Source: Christensenellaceae bacterium
Lineage (GTDB): Bacteria > Bacillota > Clostridia > Christensenellales > CAG-138
Direction: 5' to 3'
Length of the DNA stretch: 64,000 bases
Assembly (NCBI GenBank): GCA_963667195.1
Contig: OY762962.1
Location: 2,515,671-2,579,670 of the forward strand
Positions within the stretch are counted from its first letter, which is position 1, and every line of letters begins with the position of its first letter. Below are positions 8,114 through 17,274 of the stretch, one piece after another. A program made the position numbers and the translations under genes. The notes under the pieces were generated by a model that was given only the letters and a program-made list of their open reading frames with translations, had not been told where the DNA came from and did no database searches.

Positions 8114-8213
8114 GGGGCGCTTAGCTTACAGAGCATAGAGGCTCTGCGGCAGAGCATCCGACCGGAGTCAAATCCTCATCGGAAGAAGCCGGTTCGAACC
8201 CGGCAGCGCACCA
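8114..8213 (+). ncRNA. tRNA-like element with enlarged D and anticodon loops
   Basis: D stem GCTT/GAGC, anticodon stem TCCGA/TCGGA, T arm GCCGG-TTCGAAC-CCGGC, ends ACCA. Confidence 0.65.
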
Positions 8214-8239
8214 CACAGTACCTTCTTCCTTCCATCCCA

Positions 8240-8399
8240 TCGAAGCGCTTCGGCGCTTCGAGATGGGGATCAGCACAGGATGGGAACTCCGCTTCACGGC
8301 AGCTCCCGCGGGCAGGTCGGGCCCGAAACGGATGGCTTACTCCTTTCACATCCGCCTATGCGCTCCTCATCTCGAAGCATCGAACAGGAGGAACGAACA
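8240..8399 (+). ncRNA. repeated structured leader element, copy 4 (divergent)
   Basis: 8252-8269 pairs with 8364-8381. Confidence 0.5.
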
Positions 8400-8525
8400 A
8401 TGGAAAAGCGATACGGCACGGTGATGATCTGCATCTACCTGATGGTAGCGAACATGCGGCGCCGGATCGCGCCCAGGAGAGGAGCAGCGCATGCCACTGT
8501 GCGGAAAATGCGGAAAACCGATTAA
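8400..8525 (+). CDS. 41-aa hypothetical protein
   Basis: SD AGGAGG before ATG 8400. Confidence 0.4.
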   Translation: MEKRYGTVMICIYLMVANMRRRIAPRRGAAHATVRKMRKTD

Positions 8526-8874
8526 TTTCATCCCGATGGAAAACGGCAAGAAGATGCCGGTTGACGCGCAGATGGTATACGTGCGCAAAGATCCGGAAGG
8601 GTTGGTTAAGGCGATCGAGGTTATTGGCCTGACCGGGCGGACGTTCAACGCGAATTATGCGACGAAGGGCGCGCCGGGCACGATCAAAGCGTTCCAAACG
8701 CATTGGCCGAACTGCGCGGAGGGGATCACCCGCACCGCGAAGCTGAGCCAAACGGAGTGGCGCAAGCGGCAAGAGGGAGCTCGGCCGACGCGCAACACGA
8801 AGACCAAGCACCACCCGCACTATGACCCGTACAAGAAGCCGGAGCCAAAGCCAGAGCAAATCGCGCTTTTTTAG
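8491..8874 (+). CDS. Zn-finger-like phage protein
   Basis: CGKC...HWPNC; SD GAGGAG. Confidence 0.7.
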   Translation: MPLCGKCGKPINFIPMENGKKMPVDAQMVYVRKDPEGLVKAIEVIGLTGRTFNANYATKGAPGTIKAFQTHWPNCAEGITRTAKLSQTEWRKRQEGARPTRNTKTKHHPHYDPYKKPEPKPEQIALF

Positions 8875-8912
8875 CGCATTGCATATCAAAAAAAGAAAAA
8901 GGAGAAAATCAC

Positions 8913-9272
8913 ATGGAAATGGAGAAAACCCTTGAGCACGTCGGCCGGAATATCCGGCGTGTGCGTAAAGCCGCAGGGGAAACGCAAACGCAGCTGGGCG
9001 AAGCGGTTGGCGTCGTACAGCAGAGCGTTGCAGCGTGGGAAAGCGCGCGCTGCATGCCGGACATGCAATCGTTGATCAACATCGCGAAGCACTACAGCAT
9101 CACCACCGACGCGATTCTCGGACTCGGCGGAGAGCTGCCGGATCTGGATCACGGGAGATTGAACGAACTGCGCGAAAACATGGAGCTTGCGAGCAAGCTT
9201 CCGGAGGACATGCGCGCCAGCATTCTCGCACTGATCCGGCTTGAGCGCGTCGGCCTGCAGATCGCAAGCTAA
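8913..9272 (+). CDS. XRE-family HTH regulator
   Basis: NIRRVRKAAGETQTQLGEAVGVVQQSVAAWE. Confidence 0.9.
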   Translation: MEMEKTLEHVGRNIRRVRKAAGETQTQLGEAVGVVQQSVAAWESARCMPDMQSLINIAKHYSITTDAILGLGGELPDLDHGRLNELRENMELASKLPEDMRASILALIRLERVGLQIAS

Positions 9273-9456
9273 TCTTCTTATATATATGCAAGGGCGAAAA
9301 GATCTATTTTTTTTCGCCCTTGTATACGGTGATAACAAATCGTGAACGAAAGCAGGATTGAAACGAGATAGACCAGCAGACAGAATACTCCTGCTATTCT
9401 TGCAGATCATCCAGCGGCGCAGCCGCACATCGCGAAGCGCGTTCCCCAGCAGTCCG

Positions 9457-9527
9457 GCTGTGGATGGAGTGGAAAAAGTGGATAAGTCTAACGCACCTTA
9501 TCCACGTTTTCTCACACTATCCACAGC
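9457..9527. promoter_or_regulatory. inverted repeat containing DnaA-box-like 9-mers (candidate origin)
   Basis: GCTGTGGAT..GTGGATAAG / CTTATCCAC..ATCCACAGC directly upstream of rep. Confidence 0.55.
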
Positions 9528-9564
9528 TCTCTCGTAACCAGAAACGACAAACGGAGGCAATCAC

Positions 9565-10608
9565 GTGAAAAAGCGACAGTATGCAGCAGAGCGCTATGAA
9601 GATCTCTACAGCATCAACGGAGAACGTGAGCTGAGAGAATCGATCTCGCGTTTTGTCACGACATATTGCGCCAAGACGAATTTTGCCGGGAAGATGCTGG
9701 AACTGGACGGGTATGCCCTATGGAACACGCGCGCACAGGTCATCGAAGCGAACAAGGCCAGGCATGAACAGAGCGCGAAGGTGATTCAGAACCGAAACCA
9801 TCAAAACGCAGAGCGAAAGATTGTCCAGCTGGTTAATGAATACTTCAAAGCTGGCGATCTCGAGATGTTTGGTTCCTTTGTCGTAGAGCCGAAGGACAGG
9901 GCGGAAGCATTTCGCTCGTTTGATTGGTTCATCCGCACACTGAGAAAAATCTATCTCGAGCATGGAATGGAACTGTTCTACCTGTACATTGACGAAGCCG
10001 AAGGACCGGACGGTGAGCCGATCCGGTTCCACTATCACATTTTCGTGAATCTCGGCGGCGGGATCACCCGAGATATGGTTGAAGACCTTTGGCGCTCACG
10101 CTTTGGCATTGCAAACGGAACGCGCCTGGTTGAAACCGAGTTTGGTTTAACAGGTATCGCGAAATATGTTCTTAAAGCACCACTGGCGGTGAAAAACCGT
10201 AGAAAGTGGGCATGCAGCCGGAACATGAAAAGACCGGACGACCATCGCAGCACCCGACTGCCGAACGGAAAGACTTTGAGCAAAAAACGCATGCTGGATC
10301 TGCTGGAAAATCGGCTGGATCCGAAGAAGTTTTTCGAGGACGCCTTCCCGCAATATCGGTTCATAGACATCCGCGCCAAGCGGTCTGAGTTTGTCGGCGG
10401 CGTCTATCTATACGTGCGGATGCGAAAAAAAGACGAATCGGACATCCGGACACCAAGTGCGGGCGCGCATGCGCGTAGCGCGCGCACCAATATCAAATCA
10501 GTATCAACCACCCGCCAACGCGGTAGCGGCGCGGGCGGCATGCCGGACTTAGAACCGGACAATCGGACAGAAAAAGAACCAATTTTTGATGACGATCGAC
10601 ATATGTAG
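9565..10608 (+). CDS. HUH-superfamily (rolling-circle type) replication initiator
   Basis: RFHYHIFV (HUH), IAKYVLK (Tyr motif), W.CSRN; SD GGAGG with GTG. Confidence 0.75.
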   Translation: MKKRQYAAERYEDLYSINGERELRESISRFVTTYCAKTNFAGKMLELDGYALWNTRAQVIEANKARHEQSAKVIQNRNHQNAERKIVQLVNEYFKAGDLEMFGSFVVEPKDRAEAFRSFDWFIRTLRKIYLEHGMELFYLYIDEAEGPDGEPIRFHYHIFVNLGGGITRDMVEDLWRSRFGIANGTRLVETEFGLTGIAKYVLKAPLAVKNRRKWACSRNMKRPDDHRSTRLPNGKTLSKKRMLDLLENRLDPKKFFEDAFPQYRFIDIRAKRSEFVGGVYLYVRMRKKDESDIRTPSAGAHARSARTNIKSVSTTRQRGSGAGGMPDLEPDNRTEKEPIFDDDRHM

Positions 10609-10670
10609 CGTCTTTTTCACGGGCGCTTATTTATGGTACCCGCTGCGCGCGGGTGAAAGGAGAAAGATAC

Positions 10671-11198
10671 GTGTTGGTTGATATGCGAGGCGAGATATGG
10701 AAGGACATAAACGGCTACGGCGGGAAATATCAGGTAAATCCACTTGGAGAGATACGGCATGTTTACAGAAAAAAGAGCGTTCGTCTTTTTGGGTACGAAC
10801 ACCACGGCGACTATGTCGTTAAATTGAGCATGAATAACAAGCCAAAAGTGCACATGATATCGCACATTGTCGCGGACGCATTCCTTCCACGGAAAAACGC
10901 CGAATATGTCTTGTGGCATAAAAACGGCGTGCTATCTGACAATTTTGTCGGCAACCTGCAGTGGATCAGCAGGCGTGAACTTGGTAAGCGTACCACACTG
11001 CTCTCCGATAGGCGAAAGACGGTAGCGAAGATATCTCGAGATGGAGAGATAGTAAGCTTCTATCCGAGCGCACGCGCGGCGGCCCGGGCAAACAATATGA
11101 GTTATCAAACGGTTCTTGACCGATGCAACAACAAGGTTAAAAAACCTTATGAGTTGGACAACCATAACTACGTATTTTCCGACGATTTGGTCGGGTGA
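10671..11198 (+). CDS. NUMOD4/HNH homing endonuclease-like protein
   Basis: EIWKDINGYGGKYQVN..G; HKNG..SDN...NLQW; C-terminal YPSARAAAR; start uncertain (10653-10683). Confidence 0.85.
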   Translation: MLVDMRGEIWKDINGYGGKYQVNPLGEIRHVYRKKSVRLFGYEHHGDYVVKLSMNNKPKVHMISHIVADAFLPRKNAEYVLWHKNGVLSDNFVGNLQWISRRELGKRTTLLSDRRKTVAKISRDGEIVSFYPSARAAARANNMSYQTVLDRCNNKVKKPYELDNHNYVFSDDLVG

Positions 11199-11210
11199 GG
11201 AGAAATAGCA

Positions 11211-11888
11211 ATGAAAGTAAGTAAAGTCGCACAGTTATGCAAATCGGAGCGGAATATTACGCTCATCAACGCGAACGAAGAAGACGAAAAACCGACGCAG
11301 TGGGTCGGAACCACGCAAGCAATTTATCCGATTTACGGATTGCGCACGCTGAACAAAGACCAGTTATACACGATTTTTGACATTACGGAAAAGCAGGCGG
11401 GAAAGATCAGGTATACCGAGACTTCCGCAAACAAGATCGCGTTTCGACTCGATCAGCATGATTATTCTGAAAAATATATTCAGCCTCTCAGCGTAAGCAT
11501 TTCGGACGGAGGGAGCCTTTATATCCCGTTTGACACTTCGAAAGGGATGCGGCTTGTCGATCGCGTCTATCTCATGGCTATGACGAAGGATATCGAGCTG
11601 CTTACTTATAGCGAACGACAGACGGCGGACGGAAAGATCTACATTGTCGCGCGGATGGGTATATTGATCGTTGGAATCGTCACGCCAAGATTTAATGCGG
11701 GCGGGGATAAGGATTTACAGAAGTTCGCAGCGTTATTTGCGTCTCGCATGGATTATGCGTGGACGATAGCAAACGCGGAGAAGCAAGCCGTCGAGCGCCG
11801 CGACGCGGAAGAGCAGCTGACTTTGATCGATCCTGAAACGGGTGAGATCACCGAAAGTTCTGATGAGGAGGACGAAGAGGATGCCTGA
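11211..11888 (+). CDS. hypothetical phage protein
   Basis: SD GAGGAG; acidic tail with IDPETGEI. Confidence 0.75.
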   Translation: MKVSKVAQLCKSERNITLINANEEDEKPTQWVGTTQAIYPIYGLRTLNKDQLYTIFDITEKQAGKIRYTETSANKIAFRLDQHDYSEKYIQPLSVSISDGGSLYIPFDTSKGMRLVDRVYLMAMTKDIELLTYSERQTADGKIYIVARMGILIVGIVTPRFNAGGDKDLQKFAALFASRMDYAWTIANAEKQAVERRDAEEQLTLIDPETGEITESSDEEDEEDA

Positions 11889-12471
11889 GAAAACAGACTG
11901 GGTTGGACTCGTAGAAGGAACGCGGCGCACGGATCAGCGCACCCGCAACATTATCAACAGCAGCAACTGGGACTGCCCGGAGAACGCGATCAGAGCTCTG
12001 ATGCAGCATGTCGCTGCCGGCCGCGACATCTTCGACCACGGCGAGATCATCGGCAAGGCAGTGACGCTCTATCAGCCGTACGCCTCCTTCATGGCGGTGA
12101 ACGAGAAGTTCAACGAAACGCGCAGCTGGAGCACGAACTATCGCGGCACGGTGTTTATTCACGCGGGACTGCGCCTGCCGGCGCACGGATCGCCGGAGGA
12201 AGCGCACGCGCAAGAGCTGCTTCGCGGATCCGCGCACCTATCTGACACACCGTTGCAGAATCTGCCCCGTGGCGTTCTGCTCAGCTGCGGCACCCTGGTC
12301 GACTGCGTTCGCATGGATGAGGAGTATTGCGCGCGGATGGAGGACACGCGCGAGTATCAACTCGGTTGGTATTCGCCCGGGCGCTACGCATGGATCTTCG
12401 AAGACATGAAGCCTCTGCCGGAGCTTGTCCCGTTCAATGGGCAGCTGAGCTTGTGGGACGTGAGGATTTGA
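11881..12471 (+). CDS. ASCH-domain protein
   Basis: TLYQPYAS...KFNETRSW.T.YRG.VFIHAG...GQLSLW. Confidence 0.85.
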   Translation: MPEKTDWVGLVEGTRRTDQRTRNIINSSNWDCPENAIRALMQHVAAGRDIFDHGEIIGKAVTLYQPYASFMAVNEKFNETRSWSTNYRGTVFIHAGLRLPAHGSPEEAHAQELLRGSAHLSDTPLQNLPRGVLLSCGTLVDCVRMDEEYCARMEDTREYQLGWYSPGRYAWIFEDMKPLPELVPFNGQLSLWDVRI

Positions 12472-12472
12472 C

Positions 12473-12817
12473 ATGGCGCATGATAAGAAACTGTACGCAT
12501 TGATCAATATCGCGAGCGGCGTTGAAACGGAGTGCATCACAACGACGGATTTCACGGAAGCGCAAAAGCACTATCAGAAGTGCTTCCGAACCAGCGGTAC
12601 GACGCCGCGCCTGTTTGTCAATGGCAAAAAGATGACGATCTGCGAAAGCGACAAACTCTTCGGCTTGCAGCATTCAAGCCCGTGGCGCGGAAATAAATCC
12701 GTCTCGGAAGAAGAGGAGCCAAAGGACACACAGAAATTTACCGACATGCATGTAAAAATCGCCGCGCAGAAAAAGCGCACAAGCCACAAGCAGCCCCCCA
12801 GGGGCGGGCGTGTATAG
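12473..12817 (+). CDS. hypothetical phage protein
   Basis: abuts upstream gene. Confidence 0.6.
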   Translation: MAHDKKLYALINIASGVETECITTTDFTEAQKHYQKCFRTSGTTPRLFVNGKKMTICESDKLFGLQHSSPWRGNKSVSEEEEPKDTQKFTDMHVKIAAQKKRTSHKQPPRGGRV

Positions 12818-12888
12818 CCTCACGGCGGTATCTTTCCGGCAAGGTACGTTTGAGGGGCTTCAAAGATCGATTAGAACGGGGTGTAGAC

Positions 12889-13323
12889 ATGATTAAAAAC
12901 AACATCAACAAGGAACTGAAAAAAGCGAACAAGTCGCAGGCATGGCTAGCCTTGTTTACGGGAATATCCACGGGTATGATCTCGCAGCTGGTGAGCGGTC
13001 GGTCGATCCCGACGCAACCGGAACTGGCTCTGATAAGCGCTGCTTTTCTATGCCATCAGGAGAACCTGTATTCAGCGGACGTTCTAGCCCTGATCAAGGA
13101 TGCGGAGAAGCCGGAGCAGCCGGGCGGGAAGTCATACCGCGGGAAGCATGTTTTGCTCACAGATGAGCTGGCAGCCGATGTAGACGCATACGGTGCAAAA
13201 TTCGGCCTGACGCGCAACGAAGCATCACGAACGCTGATCATCATCGGACTGCGTGATGTTAAGGACAAAAAGATAACGGTGTTTGATCAGGTCGCGGTTC
13301 AAGACTTGCTTGGAGGAATGTAG
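12889..13323 (+). CDS. HTH protein with possible C-terminal ribbon-helix-helix
   Basis: SQAWLALFTGISTGMISQLVSG; HVLLTDELAADVDAY....GLTRNEA.R. Confidence 0.65.
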   Translation: MIKNNINKELKKANKSQAWLALFTGISTGMISQLVSGRSIPTQPELALISAAFLCHQENLYSADVLALIKDAEKPEQPGGKSYRGKHVLLTDELAADVDAYGAKFGLTRNEASRTLIIIGLRDVKDKKITVFDQVAVQDLLGGM

Positions 13324-13336
13324 GAGGTGATGAACG

Positions 13337-13918
13337 ATGTTCAAACGAATAATCCCGCTATTGCTGCTAATCCTGCTGACGGTTGAGCTTGCGCATGCTG
13401 CATTCACGTCGGCGGCGCGCGCGGAGATGCCGGATCAAACGCCGCAGCCAGACACCGTTGTGAACATAGGCGTGGAGCCCACGCAAAGCCCTGCGCCGCA
13501 GCCTCGGCCGACAGCGGTGATTTATGACTACCACACGGGGACAGACCAGATCGAAGCCGTCGCGCGCGGCATGTGGGGGCTGAACACGACGGATGAGAAG
13601 CGCGGGTTTGCGTTTCTGGTCGTGAACCGCACCTATTGCCAGCAGCTGCGCGCGGATGGTAAGCGCGAGTGGGCAGACAGCATCAAAGGCAACGTGGAGC
13701 AGCCGGGCGAATTCTTTTTCTATGATCCGGACGCGCCCGTGTCAAAAGAGAACTATGAGCTGGCGGAACTGTACATCAACGCGCAAACCACTTTCATTCT
13801 GACGAAGGCATACACCGGGTACCCGTTCCCAGCAACCATGCTGTTTATGGCGTGGGACGGTGAAAGAATGAGCTTCATGACCGAGCGCGGCGGCGAGCCG
13901 TGGTATTACGGGAAATGA
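13337..13918 (+). CDS. secreted protein, degenerate SleB-like cell-wall hydrolase fold
   Basis: signal peptide, Pro-rich linker, VARGMWG...VVNR...VEQPGEF..YDPDAPV. Confidence 0.5.
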   Translation: MFKRIIPLLLLILLTVELAHAAFTSAARAEMPDQTPQPDTVVNIGVEPTQSPAPQPRPTAVIYDYHTGTDQIEAVARGMWGLNTTDEKRGFAFLVVNRTYCQQLRADGKREWADSIKGNVEQPGEFFFYDPDAPVSKENYELAELYINAQTTFILTKAYTGYPFPATMLFMAWDGERMSFMTERGGEPWYYGK

Positions 13919-13948
13919 CACGAATAACGCGAGCTGAAGGAGCTGACT

Positions 13949-14581
13949 ATGGAACAGAGCAAGCAAACAACAAAACAAACAATCTGCTGGAACTGCGCGC
14001 GGGCTCTGCTTCGCATAGGCGTTTGCTGTTCGTGGTCGCTGTACTTTCAGCCCGTGCCAGGATGGACTGCCGTTCGAAGCGACCTTTCTTACGGAATCAG
14101 AGGGAAAGAACGAACGAACGAATCGTATATCGTCACAAAATGCCCGCGCTTTCTAAGCGACGCGGACTATCAAAAACAAATCAAAAAACAGGAGGAACTA
14201 AAAATGGATCAGCAAATCAACACCAGCAACACGCCGAGGATGGATCGTTTCGACCGCAACTCAAAGCTGGTCGTAAACGCAATCATCGTCAAAGCAAAAA
14301 TCATTCTGCTGCCGGCTGTCGATGATTTTGACGTCGGAACGACCTATGCCGCGTTTCTCAGCCGTGATGGCAAGCGGATCGAGCTTGTCAAGGATAAGGA
14401 CGGGTACACCGTGAGCAGTACCGGCCGCGGCGGCGCCGGGCGCGTGATCCGCTGCGAAGTGCTTGGAGAAGCGATGAAGAAGCGCGGCACTGTGCTTCCG
14501 CAGACCGCACCCCTACAGCGCACAGATGCGGGCAGATGGTTCGCCGAACTGAAAGCAGAACCGGTGGAGGAAAAGCAATGA
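13949..14581 (+). CDS. Cys-rich hypothetical protein with in-frame internal start at 14204
   Basis: ICWNC...CSWS..F.PVPGW.A...Y.V..CP; internal GGAGG + ATG. Confidence 0.65.
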   Translation: MEQSKQTTKQTICWNCARALLRIGVCCSWSLYFQPVPGWTAVRSDLSYGIRGKERTNESYIVTKCPRFLSDADYQKQIKKQEELKMDQQINTSNTPRMDRFDRNSKLVVNAIIVKAKIILLPAVDDFDVGTTYAAFLSRDGKRIELVKDKDGYTVSSTGRGGAGRVIRCEVLGEAMKKRGTVLPQTAPLQRTDAGRWFAELKAEPVEEKQ

Positions 14582-14853
14582 ACGCGACGTCATTCAAAGA
14601 ACAGAACCACACCCTCACGCGCCCGGTCGACATGACGGAAGAGCAGTGCAGCTCGTTGGACGTCTACACGGACGGGACCACATGCGTCAGCTGCTGGCGG
14701 TTGACGCTTCGCGAACGGCTGTCCGCGCTATTCTTCGGGCGCTGCTGGCTCGGCGTTCGCGGCGGGACAACGCAACCGCCTGTGTGGATCATGTGCAGCC
14801 GCAGCGCGTTCCAGAAGCCTAAACGCGAGAAACGTGTGGAGAAAAATGAGTAA
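14578..14853 (+). CDS. hypothetical phage protein
   Basis: SD GGAGG, ATGA overlap. Confidence 0.75.
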   Translation: MNATSFKEQNHTLTRPVDMTEEQCSSLDVYTDGTTCVSCWRLTLRERLSALFFGRCWLGVRGGTTQPPVWIMCSRSAFQKPKREKRVEKNE

Positions 14854-15184
14854 AGTCTATTTTGCAGAAGTCGACGAAGACTATGGCGGCGTATATATCG
14901 CCGGGCCAAACATCAAAGAGGCGAAGAAGATTGCGCGGCGGCATGAAATCTGTGACAACATCGACAGATACACCGATCTAAAAATCAGGATGTGCCGAAA
15001 AGATGGAAAGCCTGTCCGCATTGATCATCTCGGAGAGCTCGACATTGACCAAATACTCAGCGCCGGGCTTGCATGGTGGAGTTGCCCGAACTGCGACGGC
15101 AACAACTTCAAAACAGATGGCCATCCCTGCAACTATATTTGCCGTGATTGCGGACACACAGAAGAAATCCCGTATCTTGAATAG
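14846..15184 (+). CDS. Zn-ribbon phage protein
   Basis: CPNC...CRDC. Confidence 0.7.
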   Translation: MSKVYFAEVDEDYGGVYIAGPNIKEAKKIARRHEICDNIDRYTDLKIRMCRKDGKPVRIDHLGELDIDQILSAGLAWWSCPNCDGNNFKTDGHPCNYICRDCGHTEEIPYLE

Positions 15185-15204
15185 CGGGAGAGGGAGCGGA
15201 ATAG

Positions 15205-15453
15205 ATGAAAGCGATTTACGATGCACCGAGAGATTGCCAATTGTGCTTAGACGCGCCGTTCGATGGTGCGCCGCCGTGCAATGAGTGCATAAAAGACCAC
15301 AGACGTGAAGTAGAAATCGTTTCGACGCACGCGGGAGTTTTCGGAGCAAAAGCCGTCATTATTGACGCAGGAGAATTAAAGCAAGTTCCGGCCTCAACGC
15401 TTCGAGTTTTTGACGCCGCCGATGCGGGGAAGGGAGAACCCCATGCCAATTAA
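15205..15453 (+). CDS. hypothetical phage protein
   Basis: CQLC/CNEC; SD GGGAG. Confidence 0.65.
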   Translation: MKAIYDAPRDCQLCLDAPFDGAPPCNECIKDHRREVEIVSTHAGVFGAKAVIIDAGELKQVPASTLRVFDAADAGKGEPHAN

Positions 15454-15855
15454 GAACTACACATCCAACGTGGATTGCTACACGAGCCTCGGAGAGCTGC
15501 AGGGAGCTCTCGCGCGCGGCGGTGCAAATAAGATTCTTGTCGACTATGAGGGCGGCAAACCCACAGGCGTCACCTTCATGCTGCAGACCGTCCATGGCCC
15601 ACAGGGGTTCGCGCTGCCGGCCAACGTTGACGGCGTCATGGAAGTGTTTCGCCGGCAGAAGGTGCGCGCGGATCGAGATCAGGCGGAGCGTACCGCATGG
15701 CGCAACATCCGCGACTGGGGCTCGCGCAGATGGCGTTCATTGAGTCCGGCGCGGTCAAGATGGACGAAGTGTTCCTTCCGTACCTATCGAACGGAAAGAA
15801 GACGCTGTATCAGCTGTACCAGGGCGGGCTGCTCCAGCTGCCGGAAGGGAAATAA
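15443..15855 (+). pseudogene. phage protein with a 1-nt frameshift near 15718
   Basis: MPIKNYT...AWRNIRDW continues in shifted frame LAQMAFIE...EVFLPY...PEGK*. Confidence 0.75.
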
Positions 15856-16158
15856 ATGATGGATGAGAATTTAAGAGAAAAACACCATATGGCAGGCAAA
15901 ACAGTAATACTGTCTTGCAAAGATGACCCAGATCACCTTAACGGAGCCCCGTTCATTATTGAGGATTGGCAAATCAATGTGTTCGGGAAGTCATGGATGT
16001 TTTGCGACGGAAACCCTGCAGCGCTAAAGTATGCAATTCGATCGTCTATGGCTGGGTTGCCGTTAGATAACGAAGTTGTTTACGGGAAAGACGCGCGAAC
16101 AGGACTTGGGCACATTGTGCATATCAGCGAGCTTACGGAAGCGGAGGAAAAGCCATGA
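15856..16158 (+). CDS. hypothetical phage protein
   Basis: contiguous ORF in early operon. Confidence 0.7.
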   Translation: MMDENLREKHHMAGKTVILSCKDDPDHLNGAPFIIEDWQINVFGKSWMFCDGNPAALKYAIRSSMAGLPLDNEVVYGKDARTGLGHIVHISELTEAEEKP

Positions 16159-16493
16159 GTGACCAAGAAAAAATGGCAAAGGACGTTGTAGCCGCGCTAC
16201 GGATACAGGCGAATCCGAATAGGTGTGGAGGGATTTTCTGTACTGACTGTCCTGTCAGGCGTCTTGGAATTCCGATATCGCCGGATTGCGGAACAACCTG
16301 CAATGAAGCAACCTCAACAGCCGCCGCAGACCTTATCGAATCCCTGCAGCGCGAGCGGCAGGAACCGGAGCCGCTGACGTGTAGCGGATGCGAGTGGCAA
16401 CCCAAAATGATGGGCGTTACGCGATGCGAGCGGTGCAAAAGATTCCCGCTACTGACCGACCGTTACCAACCGAAAGGAGAAGCTACAACATGA
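16155..16493 (+). CDS. Cys-rich hypothetical phage protein
   Basis: SD GGAGG, ATGA overlap, CxxC pairs. Confidence 0.7.
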   Translation: MSDQEKMAKDVVAALRIQANPNRCGGIFCTDCPVRRLGIPISPDCGTTCNEATSTAAADLIESLQRERQEPEPLTCSGCEWQPKMMGVTRCERCKRFPLLTDRYQPKGEATT

Positions 16494-17239
16494 AAAAGCA
16501 TGAAGCCATAGAGCGCATCAAGGAGCATATGCGAATCCACGGGATCGGTCAACCTCCGCACGTCTACATTGCCGAAGCACTGAATTTAGCAATCGACGCG
16601 CTCGAAAATTCTGATCCGGCATGGAAACCGTGCAGCGCTCAGCTGCCGAAGAGCGGATTGATTGAGGAAAGCGGGCACAACAAAGAATATCTTGTGACGG
16701 TTAAGCGCGATAGCGGTTATGCATATCGAACGATAGCAACGCGGATAGAGGGATGCTGGCATACCGAAACAGGGTTTGATTTTGAGGATGATGAGACGAT
16801 CATCGCATGGCAACCGATCCCTGACCCCTACAACCCCACGAAAAAGGTTGACCATATTGTTGACGCCAACAAAAAGGTCGATCAGACTGTAGCGACCGGC
16901 AGCACCTCGGACGGCTACCACACCTTTGATGAACTCTACCGTCACCGCGGGATCCTCTTCGCGCTGATCTGCGCGGATCACAAAGATATCGCATGGAAGT
17001 CGCTCAAGCACAGCGACGGCACGATGTACCCTGGTATGTTCCTGTGCGGCATCGACACGCCATATGGACAGGCGACGTATCACATGGATCTCAATCCATT
17101 CTGGAACCTGATTCAGGTGAAGGAGCTGCACGCCGCGCCGGAGTGGGACGGACACACGCCTGATATGGCGCTGAACCGCATTGCGGCAATGGCAGCGGAC
17201 AGGTTCGTCCCCCTCGAGAACGGGGTTGTTGAAGACTAA
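16490..17239 (+). CDS. mosaic phage protein (DUF551-like plus WDGH-motif domain)
   Basis: WKPC..QLP...IIAWQPIPDPY; SDGYHTFDELY.HR...EWDGHT. Confidence 0.7.
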   Translation: MKKHEAIERIKEHMRIHGIGQPPHVYIAEALNLAIDALENSDPAWKPCSAQLPKSGLIEESGHNKEYLVTVKRDSGYAYRTIATRIEGCWHTETGFDFEDDETIIAWQPIPDPYNPTKKVDHIVDANKKVDQTVATGSTSDGYHTFDELYRHRGILFALICADHKDIAWKSLKHSDGTMYPGMFLCGIDTPYGQATYHMDLNPFWNLIQVKELHAAPEWDGHTPDMALNRIAAMAADRFVPLENGVVED

Positions 17240-17274
17240 GCAACGCGCGCGGCCGCGCAGGAGGTGAGAGTAGA

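Noticed and set aside
6249..8399. CRISPR mini-array
   Set aside because: Copies are hundreds of bases apart, non-identical, separated by genes, and no cas genes are present.
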